From assembly GCA_965198005.1 (NCBI GenBank), contig CBDAOI010000003.1:864001-928000 (forward strand): a stretch of 64,000 nt of DNA, written 5' to 3'. The first letter of the stretch is position 1. Each line of letters starts with the position of its first letter. The position numbers and the translations under genes are program-made. Under the pieces are notes generated by a model. That model worked only from the letters and a program-made list of their open reading frames with translations, searched no databases and had not been told where the DNA came from. Shown piece after piece: positions 52,223 to 61,632 of this stretch. This DNA is from Spirochaetia bacterium. Its GTDB lineage: Bacteria > Spirochaetota > Spirochaetia > SZUA-6 > Bin103.

Positions 52223-52294
52223 ACCTCCGACTCTGATGCCGGTAGCTTAGCAGCTGCGTCCGCGCTCGCCGAGCCTGCTGAGCTCAGGCGGCGG

Positions 52295-52620
52295 TCAGTG
52301 GCGGCCGCCGCCGATGAGGATGGTCTCGCCGGTGACGTAGTCGCTCAGGTCGGTGGTAAGGAACTCCACCACCTTGGCGCATGTCTTCGATGGTGCCCTC
52401 GCGCCGCAGCGGTAGCGAATCGGCCATGGCACTGCGGTCGCCGAGGCGGCCGGTGCGGATGATCGCCGGGGCGATCGCGTTGACGTTGATCTGGTAGGGG
52501 CCGAGCTCGGCCGCCAGCGACTGGGTGTAGTGGATGATGCCGGCCTTGGCGACGCCGTACCCACGTCCGAGACCGCGCGCGCCGCCGGTAACCAGAGCGA
52601 CCTTGCCTGCCAGCTTGCCT
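52295..52620 (-). pseudogene. SDR oxidoreductase with a large internal deletion
   Basis: 'GKVALVTGGARGLG' directly joined to 'YGVAK...VNAIAP', with a later frameshift. Confidence 0.8.
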
Positions 52621-52704
52621 CGTTGCCGATCCTCCATAGTCGCAGTCAGCATATCACCGCGGAACCCGTCAGATTGGTGCGCTCGGGAGTATATGCTCAG
52701 CCCC

Positions 52705-53159
52705 ATGGCAAGCAACTGGAAGCTTCATCACCTCGGCATCCCGGTCCGCGACCTCGACGCATCTCTGCAGGCGTACGAGGCACTGGGTGTCACTTCGTTT
52801 GGGCAGGAGTTCCCCATCGACAGCAGCAAGATCGAGGAGTACCTGGTGTATGGCAAGACGCCAGATCCGGTGGTCAGGACGAGGGGGATCATGGGCAGCG
52901 TCGGGCCGGTGGGGGTCGAGCTGCTGCAGCCGGTGGAGGGCACACCGTTCACAGGGAGCTGCTGGAGAGCGTCGGCGAAGGCGTCGGCCATGTCGCCTTT
53001 ACCGTAGACGACATCGAGGCGGAGACTGCCAAGATGGTGGCGCGCGGCTTCCCGGTAATCCTGAGCATCACGCATGCCGGAAGAGACACCCGCAGCGCCG
53101 TGTACCTCGACACGCGCAGCACGTTCAGTAACCTCATCATCGAGCTGATGCAGGCATGA
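52705..53159 (+). pseudogene. VOC/methylmalonyl-CoA epimerase-like protein, frameshifted at ~52950
   Basis: 'HHLGIPVRDLD', 'VELLQP', 'GEGVGHVAF.VDD', 'IIEL'. Confidence 0.75.
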
Positions 53160-53207
53160 GCGCGTGACGCGCTGAGCACTTGCACACCGCTTGTTTCCAT
53201 CCCAAGC

Positions 53208-53759
53208 ATGGCGGTGACGCCGGAACAGTCGGCCCGGTTCATCGTGCGCCGGCGTAAGCGCCAGGATGCCCTGCTGGATGTGAGATTCGACGCGATGCGG
53301 CACGCCGCCGAGCGAATCGTTGCCGTCATCGCTCAGCGCTACCGTCCAACGCGGGTCTATCAGTGGGGCTCGCTTCTCGACCGCTCCAGGTTTCGCCGCT
53401 ACTCCGACGTCGACATCGCCGTTTCTGAGAACTTCTACACCGGCGCCGAGACGATCCTCCTCAGAATCAGTCAGTACTTCGAGAACGCCCTCGAGCCCGA
53501 ACGCTGGCACCGAGAACTGCTGCACAAGATGACGCTGGAGGTCCCCGAAATCCGTCCGCGGTTGGTTTCCGAGGAGACCTTCTCCGATCTGGAGGAGCTC
53601 CTGCGGTTCAGGCATTTTCGCCGCTACTACCTTCAGTTCGAGTACAACTGGGACAAGCTGCGTGTCGTGGAGTCGGCGTACGTTCGCGCGCGCGATCGGC
53701 TGGACGACGAGCTGCGCGCGTTCGAGTCGTTCCTGGGGGAGATCGCCGAGCGGCTGTAG
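53208..53759 (+). CDS. In-frame fusion of a minimal nucleotidyltransferase N-half and a HepT-like HEPN C-half
   Basis: 'WGSLL......SDVDIAV' followed immediately by 'NFYTG.E', 'WHRELL..M', 'RP', 'LRFRHF'. Confidence 0.7.
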   Translation: MAVTPEQSARFIVRRRKRQDALLDVRFDAMRHAAERIVAVIAQRYRPTRVYQWGSLLDRSRFRRYSDVDIAVSENFYTGAETILLRISQYFENALEPERWHRELLHKMTLEVPEIRPRLVSEETFSDLEELLRFRHFRRYYLQFEYNWDKLRVVESAYVRARDRLDDELRAFESFLGEIAERL

Positions 53760-53929
53760 CCACGACCTCAGGTCGGCTGATTCCCGGCGGTACCTCAGGT
53801 TGGGGTCACGCCGCCAAATCCGACCCCGGGGCCGAGAGCGGATGCGCCTGCCAACCGACGGCGTGAGCGATGGTCCCTGAAGCTGCACGTGGTGTAACCT
53901 CATCATCGAGCTGATGGAGGCATGAGCGG

Positions 53930-54976
53930 ATGACCATGCAGGCGGTGGTCAAGACCCGCCGGGGGCCAGGCAACACCGAGCTGGTCGAGATTCCGGTTCC
54001 GGAGCCGGGGCCTGGCCAGATCAAGGCAGAGATCAAGTTCTGCGGGATCTGCGGGACCGACCGCAAGATCGTCAGCGACGACCACGCCTACTACCGTCCA
54101 CCGATGGTGCTCGGTCACGAGTTCAGCGCCGTGGTGGTCGAAGTGGGCGAGCGGGTTACGCGGGTGCAGCCGGGCGACCAGATCGTAGTGGCGCCCCTGG
54201 ACTCTCGGGTCACCCTGCACCAGCGGCACGGCTGGGACTGGCCTACAGGCAGGCGCCGTGGATTCGAGTCGCCCTGGGGCACCGCCAGCTACGGCGGCAT
54301 GACCCGATTCGGGGTGTGCGAGGAGGACGCGGCGCTGCGGCTGCCGGCCGGCGTCGACCTGGAGTCGGCGGCCATGACCGAGCCGCTGGCGGTGTGCACC
54401 AGAGGCATCCTGTCGCACGGCGAGATTCGCGCCACCGACGTGGTGGTGGTGTCCGGTCCTGGCCCCATCGGCCTGCTGGCAGCACAAATCGCCAAGGCCC
54501 AGGGCGGCCACGTGGTGGTGTGTGGCGTGGACGGCGACGAGGACAAGCTCGAGGTTGCCCTGCGGCTGGGTGTCGATGCGGTGTACAACGTGGAGCAGGA
54601 GGACCCACTCCCGCATCTGCTGGAGCTGACCGCGGGTGGCGGTGCAGACGTGCTGATCGAGTGCTCCGGACATGGGTCATCGGTCAATCGGCTGTTCGAC
54701 TACGCGCGCCGCGGGGCGCAGCTCATCCAGCTCGGCACCTCCATGCACCCTGCCGAGATCGACTTCATGCAGATCGCGTACAAGGAGCTGAGGGTGGTCG
54801 GTAGCTTCGGCTACCTCCATCGCGACTGGGAACGGAGCCTACAGCTGATGAGCACCGGCAAGGTGAATCCGCGGCCGCTGGTATCCCACACCATGCCGAT
54901 GTCGCAATGGCAGCAGGCGTTCGACACGCTGCGAGACCGGCAGGGGATCAAGATACTGCTCTACCCCGATCGCTGA
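53930..54976 (+). CDS. Zinc-dependent alcohol/polyol dehydrogenase (MDR family)
   Basis: 'CGICGTD', 'GHE', 'EPLAV', 'GPGPIG'. Confidence 0.88.
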   Translation: MTMQAVVKTRRGPGNTELVEIPVPEPGPGQIKAEIKFCGICGTDRKIVSDDHAYYRPPMVLGHEFSAVVVEVGERVTRVQPGDQIVVAPLDSRVTLHQRHGWDWPTGRRRGFESPWGTASYGGMTRFGVCEEDAALRLPAGVDLESAAMTEPLAVCTRGILSHGEIRATDVVVVSGPGPIGLLAAQIAKAQGGHVVVCGVDGDEDKLEVALRLGVDAVYNVEQEDPLPHLLELTAGGGADVLIECSGHGSSVNRLFDYARRGAQLIQLGTSMHPAEIDFMQIAYKELRVVGSFGYLHRDWERSLQLMSTGKVNPRPLVSHTMPMSQWQQAFDTLRDRQGIKILLYPDR

Positions 54977-55960
54977 CGCCACTCACCCCGGTCGTGGTCG
55001 GCGTCCGTGAGCGCTGCCGGAGCCGCCCCAAGGCCGAGCCGAGATCGCCGACCCCCAGGGCGGCGACGTCGTCGCCGATATCGTAGCGGTTCGCCGGCGT
55101 GCCAATGACGAGGTGCGGTCCGGGGCGCCATGGCAGACTGCTGCCTGCGAGCTCGCGCGAGACGGTGCGGATGGTTGCCGCATCCTCGGGTCCGGGATGC
55201 TCCTGCCACTTCACCTCGACAAAGGATAGGTGGCCGCCACTGTCGACCACGAAATCGATCTCGCGAGCGCGCTGATCGCGATAGCACCAGAGCGTGGCCG
55301 GCTCATCCTGGAGGGACACCAGCTTGCGGAGCTCCGCGAAGACGAAGGTCTCCCAGACCGCCCCGAGCAGGGGGGACGTGGGCAGCGTCGCTGCGGTCAG
55401 ATTCAGCAGATAGCAGAGCAAACCACTGTCACGAAAGAAGAACTTGGGAGTCGTCGCGGGCCAGATCGCTCTTGTTGAGGACGTTGCCGCTGCGGGTAGC
55501 GAGGACTCGGAGGAATCGTTCGAAATCCCGAAGGCTGGCCACGTGCAGAATCTGGCGTACGTCGCGCTCGAGGTAGGTCGCCAGATACGCCGCGTAGAAG
55601 TCGCCCGCGGGTAGCTCGGGAACCCGCCACAACTCTGGGAACTGCCCGCGTACCATCAACGCAACGAGGTCGCCCTTGCTGCGGTTCGCGGTTGCAGCCG
55701 GGAGCTCCCCCAGGGCAAGCGTCTCCAGGTCGACCAGAGCTAGTCTACCTGCCAGGCTGTCGCTGACCCCTTCCATCAGGGGAAAGTGCTGGCTGCCGGT
55801 CAGCAGGAAGCGGCCGCTGACGTGACGCCGTCGGTCGATTGCGACCTTCAGATGGCGAAACAGCCCAGGCGCATACTGCACCTCGTCGACGATGAGTGGA
55901 TCTGGATGCTCGCGCGGGAAGTCGTCGGGATTTCGCTCCGCCTGTTCCGCCTTGCGCCGA
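54948..55960 (-). pseudogene. AAA_14/DUF4143 ATP-binding protein remnant
   Basis: 'VDEVQYAP', 'LTGSQ', 'SLAGR', 'TYLERDV', 'WETFV..E', 'EIDFVV...EVK'; deletions and frameshift. Confidence 0.8.
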
Positions 55961-55974
55961 GACGATCTCGCCGA

Positions 55975-56636
55975 CGATGAGGTCCACCGCCCGTCTGGTG
56001 AACTCCGGTATCATCGCCTCTGGTTTCCAGCCCGCGATGGCAGGGCCGGGCAAACCCAACAACTCCGGCGGTTTGTCCCGGGTGGGGGTGGCAGTGACGT
56101 GATCGTCCTCGATCCATGTGTAGGGCGGAAAGGTTGGCACATCGACTCCAAAGTAGCTGTCGAAACCGCAGTCCACCGGACCACCGCCCAGGCGCCCCGA
56201 GAAGTCGATATTCGCTGCGTAGTCGGCCCGAGGCTTGCGGGCCGGTTCGCCGAACGGTAGCGAGTCGTTGGGATGGGCGCCGTCGAGGGTCGGCCAGTCC
56301 AGGCCCAGGTGCCACTTGCCGATGCAGGCGGTTCGGTATCCTTCCCTGCGGAACAGATGGGCCAGGGTGTCGCGATCCGGTTCGATGAGGGATCCATCTC
56401 ACGGGTAGACATCCCACTTTCGAGCCGAGATCGCCACGTGTAGCGACCGGTCAGAAGGAGTATCGGCTTGGCGTGCACACACTCGATGAGGCATGGGCGT
56501 CGGTAAAACGCATTCCGTGCTGCGCCAGCCGATCGAGGTTCGGTGTTGGGATCTTGGAGGCCGCATTGTTCGCCTTGAGGTCTCCATACCCCATGTCGTC
56601 CGCCAGAATGACGATGATATTCGGTCGTGAATCCAT
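55975..56636 (-). pseudogene. Arylsulfatase N-terminal fragment, frameshifted
   Basis: '[15 protein letters not shown]', 'CTPSRY', 'GKWHLG', 'GFD'. Confidence 0.85.
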
Positions 56637-56798
56637 GCTGCTCCGCGGTGACCTGTAGCGCCGCCCTCCCCGCGACCGCCACCGCTCCGCTAAGGGTCAG
56701 CTATCGGCGCTCCGCTCCGCAGCACTGGCACCCAATCTGCGGCTGCGGCCGCGGACTAGCGAGCGGTAACTGGGCTGCGCCCAGCTACCGCTCGCCGA

Positions 56799-57644
56799 AT
56801 GGAAAGCAGGTATCGCGGCGCCGGGGTCGGCTACGGCAACCTCGGGGCCCGCCACGCGGAGGTGATGTCTGGGCTGGAGCGCATCCGCCTGGTCGCGGTC
56901 GCCGATGAGGTAGCGGAGGCGCGCGCACGGGCCGAGCAGGATTGGCCGGGCGTCGCGCGCTACGCCGACGCGGCGGAGATGTTCCGCACGGAGGATCTCG
57001 ACATCGTCGCCATCGCGACGCATGCGTCGAGCCACGCAGCACTGTCGCTGTTGGCCGCCGATCATGGCGCGCACGTCGTGTGCGAGAAGCCGATGGCGGC
57101 CAGCCTGGCGGAGGCCGACACCATGGTCGCCCGGTTCGAGGCGGCGGGGCTGCAACTCGTGATCGACCATCAGTTTCGATTGGGCCCCGGGGCTACCACG
57201 ACGGCGGCCCTGCTCGAAGAGGGAGCCATCGGTCGACTGCAGACCATAAGGGCGAACTTCACCAAGAGCCGCCCGGCGGGCTGGGAGCTGGGCGTAACCG
57301 GAACCCACGTCTTCGATATGGTGTGCAAGGTCGCGGGCAACCCCACCGACTGCATCGCCCACATCCTCGCCGATGGCAACGACGCCAGCCGCGACGATAT
57401 CACGCGCGGCGGCTACTGGACGCCTTCGGGGATGGTGGATCATGGCGACCCCTCGCATGTCGGCGACCACGGTTGGGTAGTGGGCGACTCGCTAGGCGCC
57501 GTTTTTCGTTTCGATTCAGGAGCCGTGGCTCGTGTCATAAGCGATGCCGGCCCCTTGATCACCCCCGCCAAGGCGGTGCGTCAGCTTCTTCCAACCGGGG
57601 ACGACGAGAGCTGTTGTTGTCAGGTATCGTATAGCCGTGAGTAA
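56799..57644 (+). pseudogene. Gfo/Idh/MocA oxidoreductase, C-terminally truncated
   Basis: 'GVGYGNLG', 'CEKPMA', 'HQFR', 'GTHVFD'. Confidence 0.75.
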
Positions 57645-57649
57645 ACCAC

Positions 57650-58010
57650 GTGGCTTACTACATTGAGGAGATCAAGCAGTACTGGGTCTACGACCCTGAA
57701 GGTGCCGAGCGACTGCTCGACGAGGCCGGATACCCACGCGGCGCGGACGGCGTCCGTTTCAGGACCGAGATCCTCGCCAGAGTGCCGGTCACGCTGGAGC
57801 TGGGGGCGGCGGCGCTGCTCATCGGCCTGGTAATCGCGCTGCCGGTCGGCATCTACTCGGCGGTGCGCCAGGGCACCCTGGGCGATTATGTCGGACGCAG
57901 CGTCGCCATCTTCGGGCTGGCCACCCCCAACTTCTGGCTGGGCCTCATGATCCTCATCTTTCCCGGCAGCTGGTGGGGCTGGGCGCCGCCGATCAGACTG
58001 TTTGCCTTCA
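57650..58010 (+). pseudogene. Chimeric SBP and dppB shard
   Basis: 'YDPEGAERLLDEAGYPRGADGVRF' fused to 'PVTLELG...TPNFWLG...WGWAPP'. Confidence 0.85.
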
Positions 58011-58143
58011 GTGCGTGGTGCAACGGGCACCGTCATTGAGAAGACGTGATCGATGGTGACGCCCATCGCCAGCGTGGTGGAGAGTTCGTCGCGGTTGGCG
58101 CTCAATCCGTCGATTGCTGTAGTCTTTGGACTATATTACCGGT

Positions 58144-58347
58144 ATGAGACAGAAGGTGAGGGACGCACTCAAGCGGGCCAGAGAAGCAGGATGGGTACAT
58201 GTTCGCACTACCGGTAGCCATCGTCACTTCAAGCATCCGTCCATTCCGGGTACGCTCACCATCGTGGGCAAACCGAGCGATGATCTGCACCCCAAGACCT
58301 GGAAATCCATTCTCAATACCATCAACCCCGACGGAGAGGAGTCATGA
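58144..58347 (+). CDS. hicA: HicA-family toxin
   Basis: 'GW...TTGSHRHFKHP', 'DL...T..SI'. Confidence 0.85.
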   Translation: MRQKVRDALKRAREAGWVHVRTTGSHRHFKHPSIPGTLTIVGKPSDDLHPKTWKSILNTINPDGEES

Positions 58348-58562
58348 GTCGCAAATACATCATCATAATCGAAAGCGGAGAACGCAACTGCTCCGCATAC
58401 GCTCCTGACTTGCCGGGATGCATCGCCACGGGTATGACCATTGAGGAAACCAAGCGCAACATGACTGACGCCATTGTGGCACACCTGCAGTTCATGCGTG
58501 AAACCGGGGATCCAATCCCGGAGCCCACCACCGTTGTGGCTGATTCCGTAACCGTTAGATAA
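58344..58562 (+). CDS. hicB: HicB-family antitoxin
   Basis: 'AYAPDLPGCIATG.TIEE', 'G.PIPEP'. Confidence 0.88.
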   Translation: MSRKYIIIIESGERNCSAYAPDLPGCIATGMTIEETKRNMTDAIVAHLQFMRETGDPIPEPTTVVADSVTVR

Positions 58563-58644
58563 TCGGATTCCACTTCAGGTCACGATACAGATCCCGCAGA
58601 TGGTCCCGATCCAGCGTGCATACTGCACGTACACGGGCACGTCG

Positions 58645-59238
58645 ATTGCGGCGACTACCCCGGACGGTGAGCGCACGAGCCGCCGCATCACCATCGGCCA
58701 GTACAAGACCACTCCGAACAACGTGGTTACCTCGACCGGCGAGACCTACTACTTTACGCCCCCGGAGCAGGTGAAGCAGGAGATGGGCGACCTGATCGAC
58801 TGGTGCCGCGCGCAGGAAGCGAACGGCGAGCATCCGGTGATCATCGCCGCGATCTTCCACTACCGCCTGGTCCGCATCCACCCGTTCGACGACGGCAACG
58901 GCCGCATGGCCCGACTGCTGATGAACCTGATCCTGCTCAGGCACGGCTACACCGTGGCCATCGTCCAACGCGAAGCGCGGGACCGCTACCTGGAGGAGCT
59001 GGAACGAGTCGACCGGACCGAAGACCCGGCGCAATTCATCGATTACGTGGCCTCCTGCTGCGAGTACCCGCTGAATCTCTACCTCCGAGCCGCCCGCGGG
59101 GAGCCGATCGAAGACCCGGGCGATATCGACCGGGCGATCGCCCGCTTCGCACAGTCGCTCATCGAGAGTGACGAGAGTGGATCAGCGCTTGAGCGCATGC
59201 CGCGTGGGTGGCAGACTGCGTTCTCATGGGCACGGTGA
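58645..59238 (+). pseudogene. Fic-domain protein fragment (preceded by a minus-strand dppB shard at ~58604-58645)
   Basis: Canonical 'HPFDDGNGRMAR'; N-terminus missing. The upstream reverse strand encodes 'DVPVYVQYARWIG'. Confidence 0.75.
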
Positions 59239-59283
59239 TCCGTGACCACTCGTCCCCGCGTCGCTACCACCGAAGCCACCGAA

Positions 59284-61018
59284 CAGCAATTCTCGGTGAA
59301 CAAAAATTGAGAGGGTCGGCGTGGGGGGCAATGGCGGGCGGGACGGCACGGGACGGCACGTAAGTGGTCGTATAGGTCATGAGTATGTAATAAGTTGCCT
59401 AGCGTCTGGACACTCGATCCCAGGGTTGTCATGCTGTCTCCTATGGCAAGAGGTCGCCGCAGAGGTCCATTATTACTTCGTTTTCGTGCGCTCCTGGTCT
59501 CCTTGAACCTGCACGCCGCGAAGGTCGTCGATACCCGCCAAGCCAGCAAGGTCCGGTACTCCCTGCAGGATTGCTACGTCTACGTGTGTGGTTTCGCCTT
59601 GTTTTACCTCCAAGACCCTTCCGTGCTGGAGTTCCAACGCCGCTTCCAGGACCAACTCCGCACCAACAACCTCAACTCTACGTTTGGCGTCGCTCAGATC
59701 CCTGCCGACTCCCAGTTCCGCGATCTGCTCGACAGCCATGACTATGAACCGCTGCTCGGCTGCTTCGGCGACTGGATAGGGCGCATGCAGTACACCAAAT
59801 GGCTGCAGCACTATCAGTTCCTCGACGGTCGCTATCTCATCACCATGGACGGCTCCCAGTACTTCAGCTCGTACCAGGTGAACTGTGAGTGCTGTCTGAC
59901 CGCCACCAACAACGGCACCGTACGCTACCACCACGACATCCTGCAGACCGCCATCGTCCACCCCGACAAGCGGCAGGTGCTGCCGTTGGCTGCGGTGATC
60001 GTCGCCGATAGTCTGTACTCCAAGCAACCGTTCATCGAACAGGTGCGCGCCGCCCGCTGCTCGTTTCTGCTGGTGGCCAAGCCGGAGGATCACACCAGCC
60101 TGTACCAGGATATCGACGGGCTGCGCCGCGGTCGGCTGCTGGACCACCGCTGCACCATCGACGTGGGTTACCGGGGCACCGCTGAACGGCAACCCCCGCA
60201 GTCCCAAGATCAACTTCGTGCACTACCGCATCGTACGGGCGGGCACGCCCACCTATCAAAACGCCTGGGTGACCGACTTGGTGCCCAGCGCTGGCAGCGT
60301 AGCGCGGATCGTGCGTGCGGGACGGGCACGCTGGAAGATCGAGAACGAGGGGTTCAATACGCTGAAGAACCAGGGCTATCACCTGGAGCACAACTTCGGC
60401 CACGGTGACAAGTACCTGTCGGAGGCGTTCTTCGTGCTCAACCTGCTGGCCTGTTTCATGCACCGGATATTCGAGCTGGTGGACGGTCTGTATCAGCAGG
60501 TGCGGGCTGGGTTCGGGTCGCGCCGGGAGTTCTGGGGCGCGGTGCGTGCCACGTTCCGGCTATTCCTGTTCCCGTCGTGGGACCAGGTGCTGGTGCGGAT
60601 GAACTCGCCGCCGCAGCCGCTGTCCGGGTAGCCGCTCCCTGGGGAACTGAACCTGCTCCCTGAACGATCCCTGACTGGGGCTGCGGCGCAGGTGTGCCGG
60701 CCGCGCGCGGGCAACCGGCCCCGAAGGGCCGAACGCTGCACCGCGCCAGCCCGCGGCATCGGCCGAGCGGCGGTGGCTGACGGTGGTCAGGTCATCGCAC
60801 GGGGCTGCATGACGGTGGCTAAATACATCACCTGCAATCAGTTACAGAATTTCTTCCGGGTCGGGCCGTCCGGTGCATGCCTTTCACGGGAGGAATGGGT
60901 ATTATGGGTCGTGCATTTACGCGGTGGGCCAACAGGTGGGCATGGTCGCATTTCACATACGGAGGGCTTGAGCTTATGACACTCTGCCCCTCTACCAGCC
61001 GTTCACCGAGAATTGCTG
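59284..61018 (+). mobile_element. ISNCY-like IS, copy 2 (transposase with two internal deletions)
   Basis: Perfect 18-bp IR CAGCAATTCTCGGTGAAC / GTTCACCGAGAATTGCTG; near-identical to copy 1. Confidence 0.88.
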
Positions 61019-61632
61019 ACGGTGCGGGGGCTTGTTGACATGACCCTCGTTCTGTGCTCTCTTGTCTCCGAGAGTGCCATGTACGTCACGCGCCGCTCGT
61101 CCATAGCCCCCCCCCCCCCCGGGGACTTTCGTACATCCTGTAGATCACTAACCGCTCAGACTTATCGCTCCGCGTGCACGCGGCCCGCTGCGCGTATCGC
61201 CCTGGTAGCGGGGCGACACGTGTCGTCGCCGGCCCGGTCCATCGCCGAGCCAGCATACCGGTCGCCCGCGCCCTTCCTGGCCGACCGCAACCGCTCTGCC
61301 CTGCGGGAATTGGATCGCAACCCAGCGCCGGCGTTGCCGGCTCATCAGACTCGCTGCTTCGCCAATCGGCATCTCGCCGCCCACTCGCGTGGAGTGGCGG
61401 GGGTGGCGTCTGCACGTCAAAGGAGGGAAGCGATGAAGCTCTGCTGAATCAGGCGCAACTTTCCATGCCTTTCGGCGCGGCACGCGTCAAAGGAGGCACG
61501 GGATAAAGGACTAAAGCAGGGACCGAGCGGCTGCGGCCGCGAAAGGATGTCGCCCTCGCTCGACTGGAGCAGGCGAGGGGCCGGCAGTGGAATCAGCGCT
61601 CTCAACAATTTTTTGATGTGAGGTAGAGAACC

